64,000 nt of DNA from a virus, in the IMG/VR virus record IMGVR_UViG_3300037140_000126, positions 1 to 64,000 of that record; one strand, 5' to 3'. Shown here piece after piece: positions 47,938-57,800 of the stretch; the first letter of the stretch is position 1; every line of letters starts with the position of its first letter. The notes below the pieces were generated by a model. That model worked only from the letters and a program-made list of their open reading frames with translations. It did not search any database and was not told the origin of the DNA. The translations under genes were made by a program, and so were the position numbers.

Positions 47938-48567
47938 TTATGTCCCCGTCCCGCTGAGTGTTACTAACTGCGGACTGCCCGTGGCGCTGTCGCTGATATT
48001 CAATGTCGCAGACTTTGCACCTGTGCTCGTAGGGCTAAATGTTACGGCGATTACGCATGCCCAACCTGCATCCAGAGTTGAACTGCAATTGTTGGTCTGT
48101 GAAAACATCGAAGCGTTTGTGCCTGTAAACGTAAGAGCGGGCGACCCTGTAAAGTTCAGCAATGCTGTTCCTGTATTTCCAACCAATATAGTTTGGGCAC
48201 TGGATGAAGTTCCGTGAACAACTGACCCAAAACTCAATGATGTAGGTGACCGATTGACGGTTGCCGTGCCCGATCCCGCACCGGGTGGTATACAATAGGC
48301 CAAATGGCCGGCAACACTTCCGATGCATAATGCATATCCCGGACTCCCTGCTAGACCGGGCAGGGTAAAGGTTTCACCTAGTGAAATAGCCGGAACCGCT
48401 ACATGTACGACACCTGTAGTTCCCGGCAGATTGACACCGCCAGCAAACGAGTTGACTTGCGCAAATGTGTTCGCCAGATTGACAAGTGCAACTATGCGTG
48501 TCTGTGCCTTTGTCCAAATGCCTGCACTAAGTAAGATAAACAATATGATTAAGCTTGAGCGCTTCAT
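47938..48567 (-). CDS. signal-peptide protein with ASH domain
   Basis: LSFGSVV...VGNTGTALL...CVIAVTFSP...ATLNISDSATGSPQLVTLSGTGT. Start at MKRSS. Confidence 0.8.
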   Translation of the reverse strand: MKRSSLIILFILLSAGIWTKAQTRIVALVNLANTFAQVNSFAGGVNLPGTTGVVHVAVPAISLGETFTLPGLAGSPGYALCIGSVAGHLAYCIPPGAGSGTATVNRSPTSLSFGSVVHGTSSSAQTILVGNTGTALLNFTGSPALTFTGTNASMFSQTNNCSSTLDAGWACVIAVTFSPTSTGAKSATLNISDSATGSPQLVTLSGTGT

Positions 48568-48568
48568 G

Positions 48569-51500
48569 TTAGCTGCTCCCGGCACAGCAAAGTTGGATTT
48601 GCACAGATTCAACTAATGTAAAAGAGAGTGACGTTGCTACGGGTGTAACTCCATTCAGAGTCACAGAATCTTGAATAAGGTTTCCGACACCATCATATCC
48701 CACGACTGTCGCTATACGCGTATCTGTTGGTGAATCAGACACAAGCGATACTGGTCCCGGCGGCGTCAGAAGCGTGCCGCCGTCGTCGATCTGCACGCCA
48801 TAGATATTCCTGTCCGTGTTCAACGGCAGTATAACTTGAATCACCGGTGCTAGAGGCACGCTGAAATCAATCAGCACATAAGGCGGTGGGTGTGGCACAA
48901 GTGGATAAACTAAGCGCAGCACTTTGCTGAAGCGTGAATACAGGCCGCCATTTACTTGTCTGAGATAATAAACTTCTTCGTTTGCTTTCCTGGGCAAACA
49001 GAAATAGCGGCTTGTCGTTCTAAACAACAATAGGGCATTGTCTTGTGTCCAACCAAAATCAGCTTTTCTCACTTCACAGGCTGATACAGGAAGTTGGCCT
49101 AGATCAACGACGCACGTATAGCCGTTAATCATGCCTATAATTCGGCAGTTGTCGAGTGTCGGTAAATAAAATTCTCCTACCTCTAGTAATTGCTGTGGCG
49201 TAGGTGCGATAGCCGTGTCTTTCGGCGTCAGTACGTTTTGCCGGAATTCGACAAAGTTGGCGAGTGTCTTGTCGAGGTAATAGTCAGGCCCATAGTCAAC
49301 GACGAGCTGCAGCTTTTCTTGCCGGAGTTCGACACCAGTGATTGTCACACGTCGAACGAGCAATTTCAGGCCTGATATGCCTCTTTGCGGTGAAGTGACG
49401 ATTAGATAGCGTCCAGGTGTCGGATAGCCACTGGTGGGCAGTGCGCCCCCCATGCCCGACGGAGTGACCAGTAAACGATATGGAATTCCATACAGGCTTG
49501 TAAGGGTAATTGATGCAGGGTAGCTGGAATTTGGCACCGGAGTGGTTGTTAGTATCCCCCCTGTAGTAATTCCAAGCTGCCAAGAATTACCATTGGTATC
49601 ATTTAGGAATACGGTGACCGGCGTTCCACTGCTTGGTGTGCATGTCAGCAATCCAGCATCGGTAACGCCTATTAACCAAATTCCAGAACTACTGTCTTGC
49701 AATAAAATTGAATTGGTTGCAACATTGCTATCCAAGAAATAGTCGTCAAATGTGTAGGTGCCTTCGTACTGAACACCTTCCCGATCCATAATGATCGCAG
49801 CACCTGCGGCGTCACACTCACTGCTCGTGCGTGGTATCGGGTTTAGACTCGAAAATACCGCTGTGCGGTGTCCATCGTCACCTACGATCTTTGATTCAGC
49901 GGCAATATAAATAGGGTCCTGCACACGGGCCATTGCGTAGCCAGCTTCCCAAGTCTGCAAACGGATGCGTGAACCCACTGCGGGCAGTGTTGCGCCTGCG
50001 AGAGTCTGATAAGACGACGCGTAAAACTGCAATTGCTGTATGTCATTCGTAGACGCAATTGTGGCAACTTGATTTTGGAAGCCGAAACCTAGTAGGTATT
50101 GCAATTCAGGACCGGGTGGAAACACCGGGAACTGATTTGCCGTTGGCCCATAAAGCGAGCGCACGTATAGCCCGCCCTGTGGCGGGAAGCCTAAAAGCGT
50201 GTTCGCCACGGCAAAATTGAATACACCACCATTTACTTCCGCATAGACGGCAAATTCAGGCAGATTGACGCCCGAGATGCTGAATAAAGTGACGTTTGGA
50301 TTATTCGGGAAATCTACCGAGGTATCGGCAACGAGCCAAGTAATCGTTCCGACACCTGCGTAGTTTACATCGCCAAAGACATTCCCAGTCAACGTGCGGT
50401 AGGCTCGGTCATATCGTGAGTAGGTCTGACACGAGAAATACATCTGCAAAAAATAGGAGTGGTTCTGTTGTGAAATTACTGTTGGCCCTAACGCATTTCC
50501 AAATAAGAACGGCTGCATCGTCACGCCAATAGCACCTGAGGCAGTTGGAACGACTGTCCCGTGAGAGCCTAACTGGAAGGCGGCTACGCAATTTGCGCCA
50601 CCAGGCAACGTATCGTCTGCCGCAAGCGTTCGATATAGGCCACCTACTAGTCCGTTGTTTACATCTGTAAATTGAAAATCACCAAGTTGAATGTTTACCG
50701 CGCCACCAAGTTCTATACCCTGATTCGCAAGGACGTACGTTTCACCAAGCGGCGTTCCTACGTTATCGGTAGTATCTTTTGCATCGAGTTGCAGCCCACC
50801 ACCTTGTTCGGACACCATAAACGTCGGATCAAGCACGGTCCACAGACTGTTGTTGACTGTATCGCTCGACCAAGGCTCGTTGACAACGATGGACGACGCA
50901 CCTTCGAACATTTCATGCCGCAACGGGAAATTACCTGTGATGCCGTCACCAACAAAATAATCATCGTGATTGTTTTGCGCTTCAATGTCACCGATGACGA
51001 TTGCATCGTTACACGGCGGGACCGACTGCACGGGGGTCTGCAACAGCGTCGGGTAGAACGTCCGCTCACCTTTTGTTTCATCGTAGCTTACGCCAAGCGG
51101 CTGATCACCGTAGGGCTGGAAATAAAGTTTCTTGTCGATGCACTTGTAATGAAAGCGTGAACCGTCGGCAAACTGCTTTGCCAGGTCCGACCAATTCACA
51201 GTTGGATCATACGGCCAGTACGGGACAAGATCACCGGAAGCGACAAACGAAGTTGTATCGAAAAAATTGGGTACAAGAATTTGCGCGAGACGGGCAAGAA
51301 TCTGTCCTTGTCCAAGATTCACAAACGGCGGCATGAACGGGACCGTCTTGACGTTCAACAGCCATTCATCAGAGCTAACTTGAATGTCGTACGTGTAGCG
51401 CTGAAAGTTAAACTTGGGGATGTTATTACCCAGTCCCAGATATGTTAGGCTCGGTGCGGCCGTAACGAATCCTGTAGCGATTGGAACGCCAAACTTTCCC

Positions 51501-51691
51501 GAGAACAAACGACAGTACGCGGAACGAACTGGGGGAATAAACGCATCGTTATTATTTGCCAGTGTGAACGTCAGCAGCGTTGGGACGTTGAGGGAGTCCT
51601 GCACAGAAATCGACTCGGGCAAAACATAGCTCGTGTAATCCGTCACACCTCCATTATCGGGTCCGTTGTCTATCGTGAGCTTAATCGGCAC
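48569..51691 (-). CDS. tail hub / baseplate (Tal-like) protein
   Basis: Directly after the tape measure. ISVQDSLN...LTFTL hub-like N-terminus, WHYKCIDKKLYF-type segment, PG..L.V.S...GI...LVRRV.I motif. Confidence 0.7.
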   Translation of the reverse strand: MPIKLTIDNGPDNGGVTDYTSYVLPESISVQDSLNVPTLLTFTLANNNDAFIPPVRSAYCRLFSGKFGVPIATGFVTAAPSLTYLGLGNNIPKFNFQRYTYDIQVSSDEWLLNVKTVPFMPPFVNLGQGQILARLAQILVPNFFDTTSFVASGDLVPYWPYDPTVNWSDLAKQFADGSRFHYKCIDKKLYFQPYGDQPLGVSYDETKGERTFYPTLLQTPVQSVPPCNDAIVIGDIEAQNNHDDYFVGDGITGNFPLRHEMFEGASSIVVNEPWSSDTVNNSLWTVLDPTFMVSEQGGGLQLDAKDTTDNVGTPLGETYVLANQGIELGGAVNIQLGDFQFTDVNNGLVGGLYRTLAADDTLPGGANCVAAFQLGSHGTVVPTASGAIGVTMQPFLFGNALGPTVISQQNHSYFLQMYFSCQTYSRYDRAYRTLTGNVFGDVNYAGVGTITWLVADTSVDFPNNPNVTLFSISGVNLPEFAVYAEVNGGVFNFAVANTLLGFPPQGGLYVRSLYGPTANQFPVFPPGPELQYLLGFGFQNQVATIASTNDIQQLQFYASSYQTLAGATLPAVGSRIRLQTWEAGYAMARVQDPIYIAAESKIVGDDGHRTAVFSSLNPIPRTSSECDAAGAAIIMDREGVQYEGTYTFDDYFLDSNVATNSILLQDSSSGIWLIGVTDAGLLTCTPSSGTPVTVFLNDTNGNSWQLGITTGGILTTTPVPNSSYPASITLTSLYGIPYRLLVTPSGMGGALPTSGYPTPGRYLIVTSPQRGISGLKLLVRRVTITGVELRQEKLQLVVDYGPDYYLDKTLANFVEFRQNVLTPKDTAIAPTPQQLLEVGEFYLPTLDNCRIIGMINGYTCVVDLGQLPVSACEVRKADFGWTQDNALLLFRTTSRYFCLPRKANEEVYYLRQVNGGLYSRFSKVLRLVYPLVPHPPPYVLIDFSVPLAPVIQVILPLNTDRNIYGVQIDDGGTLLTPPGPVSLVSDSPTDTRIATVVGYDGVGNLIQDSVTLNGVTPVATSLSFTLVESVQIQLCCAGSS

Positions 51692-51825
51692 TCAGAGCGC
51701 TCCCAGAACTAGCCTTTAGTGCTATTTCCCGTCGATTTGGCGCATTAAAACGTCTCGAATAGTGCTAAGTAGCATAGCTTCCTGTAAAGTCTTTAGAATC
51801 AACAAAACCAAATTTTATGGCAATC

Positions 51826-54800
51826 TCAGGGGTACTGTCCGGCAATTCCGCCTTCCCCGTAGCGTCCGCGCTGCTGGTACAGATTGTAAAGTGAATCCTC
51901 GATGCTGTTATTGGCAGAACTGCTGCTTGCTCCTCCGATTAGGCCACTGACGCCGCTAAAATTCCCGCTTGAAATTGCACTCATCACTTGCTGATATTTG
52001 TTGAGCACATCCAAATCGTTTTGATTTTGCTGTTGTTTCATTTGCAGCAATTTCATTTCCATGCCAATGCGGTTCGATGCGATGCTGCTCACTTGTTGTT
52101 CCGTGGAAACCTTTGCTGCGTTCAGTGTAACTGTCGCTTGATTCGTCGCAGATGCACCGACTGAGCCACTTGGAGGAATGACGGTCTCGCCAGATTCAAC
52201 GACGGCTAATCCTGTTTGGGAAATCGCACCACCTGTTTGCAATACCGGGGTAGCCGCTAGAGCCGTAGCTATTTGGGCTATGATTGGACTTACCGCTGTT
52301 ATGCCCGAGAGTGTACTGTGCACTCGTCCCGATGAAGACCCAGTTGTACTTGTGCTGCCCGATCCAAGCAAATTGCCATACAACGCTTGTTGCGCCGTTG
52401 TTGTTTGCCAAGCCGTACCACTTGCGTCAACGTAAGGAGGATTGCCGTTGCCGAATGGATTCGAGCTGCCGACTGGTATGATAGGTCCGCTTGGACCACT
52501 TGAAGGCCCGGAACCAGCAGGCAAGGGTGCCGTCCCCGCAGCAAGACTTGTCCCAGGAGCTTGGCCCGGAACAGAAACACCTGAAAGAGTAGGTGCAGCA
52601 CTTGTTGGAGCTGTGCCGTTTGTAGCTATACTCCCGATTTGCTGCCCATACGCATTGAAAAGATCACCATTGCTGACATCGACATAAATAGGGTTTCCAC
52701 TGCTATCCGTGCCATACATTATTAGGCCAGAAGGTAGCGAGGGTGCGGATGTTGTCGCCGTCCCAGTCGTTGTGGCGGCACTATTTGTGCCAATTCCAGC
52801 AAGCAGTCCAGGGTTATTCTGTAATGCCGAGGCGGCAAACGCCTGCATCTTGGAAGGTATTGCTTGTGCGATATAGCCAGGAACATTTTGGTTGATAATG
52901 TTCTCTGCCATGGCTTGTAAAGCACCTGGACTACCCACCGTCGCCAGCCCAAGTATTGGATTCTTTTGTACAAGTCTCTGTACAACCGTATCAATGTCCG
53001 TTTGTGAATAGTCTACCTGTGGTGTTGCAGGCGCTGTGGCAGTTGATGAACTTGTACCAGTACCAGAAAAAATTACTGGCGGCGTTGTTGAAGCCGGACC
53101 GCTCGGCAGCGTAACGGAGGCCTGTCCCCCTAAACCTGGATATTGCAAGAGGTCTTGCAAAGTCGTTGTCGCACCCGACTGACTTCCAAGCCCAGTAGAT
53201 GAAGCCGTCGAAGGAATAACATTTGTAGGAGTCGTAACTGTCGGCGTGTTGTAATAGCCCGCTGTTGACGGCTGGCCGAATGTGGCTGTCGTTGCGCTTA
53301 CGTTGCCTACTTGCTGTCCTGCGGCGCTGTACAGAACCCCATTTTGATCGACGTAGACAGGATTACTATTGCTGTCTGTTCCATAGAGCGTCAGATTTGG
53401 TTGACCACCAAGAATTGTTGGTGCTGCTGTCAAGTTTGCGGCTTGTTGGGCGGCTGTTAGTGGTGCTGCCGGAAGCAAATTTTCTGCCGGAAGCAAACTT
53501 GTCGCGGTAGCCGCTACAGAAGAATTTAACATGCCAATTTCTGTTTGCATCTGTTGTAACAGTTGTTGTGAACCAGCACTACCGACGGGAATTTGGGCAA
53601 TCAAAGCACTTATTGTAGATAAAGTAGTTTGGGCACTTGCAGTACCGGAATTAAATGCGGCAACAATAGCATTCGTTTGTTTGCCTATACTCTTAAACAA
53701 ATCTTCTAACGCGCCAGCCTGTGAAACGTCCGCAGCAATACCCGGCAAACCGCCGGGAGAAACCACTTGAGATGTGGCTGTCCCAGCAAAAGAAGTCGGC
53801 GTATTATAAACCGCTGTAAGATTTCCAGTTGTGGGATCGGTTAAATAGTAAATTGGGCTAGTGCCCGCCGTTTGCGCGGTTTGAAGAGTAGAAATTCCAC
53901 CGGTAGTTGCTGGCGCTGTTCCTGTTGCGGACCCTCCGCTTGAATAGTCCCATGGCACAGTCGGACTTGAACCCACAGTCGGATATAAAGGTGCTATTGG
54001 ATAGTCCGCGTTTCCGGCCACATATGGCCCAGTCATTGGGCCAATTTGCGGTCCCACCTGCGCGGAAGTAGGACCTGAATAGGGCAGCCCCAAAGCCGAC
54101 ATCAATTGAGGTGTCGTTGTTAGCTGGGAGGCGGGAGTGCTGCGAATCACATTGACAATATTGAGCAACGCCGCGTTCGATGCATTTTGCTGGTCCGTCT
54201 GGCTCATTTGCAGCGTCAGTAATTGTGTTTCAAGGCCGACACGGGTTGTCGCAAGCCCATAGATTTGCTGCTGGGTTTCATACTGGTATTGGGCTGTAGC
54301 AATCTGCATGTTCATCTGGTCCATTTGCAGGTTGTACTGAATTTGCAGTTGCTGTAATTGAGCGGCCTTTGAAGCCGATGCGCTTACTTCGCGGGTTGCC
54401 ACGCCACCCGACATGATGCCCTGTTCTTGTTGGGCGAATTGCTCCATCATTTGCTGGCGCTGTAGGTACAGGTTATTCAGGTTGATGCCATTTTGAATTG
54501 CCGCTTCTTCCGCAGACTGTACTTGCGTTGCTTCGGTGATCGCGTATTGCTGCATCGCGGTCGTTAGATATTGCTGTGCCTGTGTGAGTTGCTGGGTAGA
54601 CTGCGCGGCCTCGGCGAACTGCTTATACTGAGCAAGAATTTGTTCGATGGAACTCATCCATTGTTGGTAGCCAGTCGGCACGACCAGGTTGTTAAGTGTT
54701 TCCTGCATTGTTTGCATGACTTTGTTTTGCTGGTCCTGCAATTGCTGTAGCGTCTGCGCGGCCTGTTGTTGCGCTTGCTGCTTTGCCTGATCTCCGGCAC

Positions 54801-57800
54801 CCTTCTTTCCAGTTGATTGATTATTTATTTGTACGGCGGCCAGCTCTGCCTGCTGAATCGCTTGGTTCAGACCGATAACGCCTTGACTTAAATTCTGTGA
54901 AATACTGTCCAGCTTGTCTACATCGGCTTGAATCTGTTTCATGATTTGCGAGTTCTTCCAACCCGAAATTGCACCCATGATGCCGCCGATTAGTGTACCC
55001 CCAATAGCTCCGATTATGGCTCCCGCTGGTCCAGCCATTCCTCCGATACCCTGGCCTAGAGACTCACCGCTCATAGCGCCACCGACAGCGCCACTGGTCG
55101 CATTCTTGGCGCCCAGTGTGGATTGCAAAAAGCTGCCTACGGCCCCGACCGCGCTCGTCATCGTACCGATAAAACTTGAGACTGCACCGACTCCTTGATC
55201 CTTGCCCCCACCACTTAATAGTTGAAAGAATTTCTGAACGCCGGAAAGCATCCCTCCCGACGATGATGACGTATCGCCATAAACCGACGACATATTTGTG
55301 CCACTGCCAAATCCTGGCCCAAGCGGAATATCACCTGATCCTATAAGCCCACCGACCGCACTTGTCTGTAATAAAGGTGCCGTCGCTCCCGGTGCCGTGC
55401 CTGTGGAAAGTGCGCTAAACCGAGTTGCTAAAGAACCAACAGAATCGCTTAATTGCGTAAATGTTCTTGTCAGCGTGTTTACGACTGTCGAGAGCGCCTG
55501 TATCACACCTGACGGTAGAACGGCTTCACCAGCATGCAGGAACGCGAGTCCAGACTGCGGGACGAACGGCGTCCCGGCTGCGTGGTGTGGGAATTGGCTA
55601 ATGTTGAGAGAACCGTATGGGTCATATTCAGTCGGTCCGGCGTGGCTTTCAAGACCAGTCCATGTCTCTGGAGCATGCCAGTCGCTTTTTCCAGTTAGTT
55701 TCGCTAATAGCCCATCAAGTGCATCTGCCAGACCATGCGAAGCTGACTGGACCTCGTTTAAGCCGCCAGCAGCACCAGTGCTCTGTTTTAACAGGGATTC
55801 AAGTTCTGGAGACTGCGTAATCTTTGGGGCTTTCCCGTAATTCTTTGCAAACGTCTCTCGAAACGAAGCTACCGACTTCATCGTCTGAGCGCCCGCTTGC
55901 AGCCCTTCACCTACTTCCCTAATGCCGCGCATGGGGCCTGCGCTGTAAAGGGAATTTATCGTATTGGCGACTCCTTCGAACAGTCCGGCAATGGGTGTCA
56001 GCAGGTCGCGTGCTTGGATCAAACGCTGATTAAGTTGCTGCTGCTTTTCTTCGGCACCGGCAATGGCGTCAAGAATTTCTTCTTGTGCTTTGCCGCCCTC
56101 CTTCGCCGCAGACAAGGATCGTATCTGCTCATTTATAAATTTCTGAGTTTCCAGTACCTCAGCTTCGATGACGCTGACTTCGGATGCACCTAATAGAGCA
56201 GCACCACGAGGAGTTGCCGCAATCTTTTCCTGCGCGGAACGCATCTTGGAAATTCTGTCGTACTTATTTTGAGCGGACTTGATAGTGATTTCGTCCCGTT
56301 GAAGTTCAAGATCGGAACTCTTTTTGGATGCATCCGCGTTGGCTTCAAATCGTTTTATTTCTAAGGCCGCTATTTCTGAAGTTTTAAGTTCTGTATTCTG
56401 TTCCTCGTCGTTGATCGCATCGTTAGCGTAGATACGCTCTTGCTCGATTTGAGTCTTGCGCTTTTGCAGGTATTCATCGGCGGAAATAAGCCCTTCGTCG
56501 AAATGATTCTTTGTCTCATCTGTTTCTTCCGCGAGGGCATCCGTCTGAATTTTCAGTCTCGCTTGGGCTATCTTGCGGGCGGCGGCTGTTACATCCTTTT
56601 CTGGTTCCCTTGATAGCTGTGACTGCTCACGAGCAGCCGCCGTATTGATATTGGCAACTTGGTCCTCGTAGGTCTTATTGAATTGCTTTTGGTCTTGGCG
56701 ATATTGCTCCCCAGCAAGATTAAGATTGCGTTTAGCGTCAGCGGCCGAATTGGCTGCATCTTGAAGCCCTTTGGCGGCTGCCTCATCTCCTGGCTTTGCC
56801 TGTGACTGAGCTTTGGCTTCATCTAAGGCATCCGCTGCCGCCTTGCTTTGCTTCGTAAAGTCCGCTCCAGCTATGTCTTCTGCATACTTCGATTCCGACA
56901 GCTTTGCATCCAGCTCCTGCTTGGCCTCTAGCAGAGCTGCTTGGCGGTCCTCTTCACGCAACCGTTTCTTTTCGGCAATGTACTGCCCAAACGTCTCTTG
57001 GATGGATGCATAGGCATCTTCGTTGGCGTCTTTTTCGTCCTGCAAATTCTGTTTTGTCTGGTCCAGATGCTCCTTGTCGGCAAGCTCCTGGGTTTTCATT
57101 CTTATCCGGGCCATTTTTATTAAATATGCTGGATCGAGTTCTGCGGTGGGTTCTGCTTCCGCACTTGTACCTCGACCACCTCCTTCTAAGGCTTCTGATG
57201 GAGGCCCGGGAGGTTTTGGTGTGGCAGGAGGTTTTTCCCCACCAAATGTCCTATCCCTTTCTTTGATCCAAGCTTTGTCCGCTTCCTCTTTGCTTGGTCC
57301 TAACAGACTAAATGCAAGTCCCGGATGTTCTTCCCGATGTGCCTGAAGTATAAGAATTCCAGCTATAGCCGCCGTTATGAGATTTGCCTTACTTAGAACA
57401 GCGAGCATTCCCTCCATTGAGAGTGCGCCAAGGGCCACGTCTAGTCTTGTCGTAGCCGCTGTTAATAGGTCCACAGCAACCGCAACCCCAGCTAGTTTTA
57501 AGCCGTCGGTAACTATTTCACCGAATACGTTTGCATGATCGGATATAAAACCTACAGCTTTTGCCACACCACCGAATGCCGACCCAATCATGTCAGCAAA
57601 GCCGTGTGTGGATTCTTCAAACTTGCGAAGCTTCTGTATCCCCTCATCGAGTAAACCTAGAAACGAACGAAAGCCCTCACTCTTGACGAGTTCTAACGCA
57701 AAAGCTTGTCTCGTGCGATTCCATTCTTCACCTAGAACAGTCAACCGATCGGTAAGCGTGGTTGCCGGATCGCCTACCTCTATGAACTTCCTGTGTGTGA

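Noticed and set aside
51692-51825. TAGTGCTA inverted pair as an operator family (similar hexamers at 16170, 17596, 41049)
   Set aside because: The matches are too short and AT-rich to distinguish from chance.
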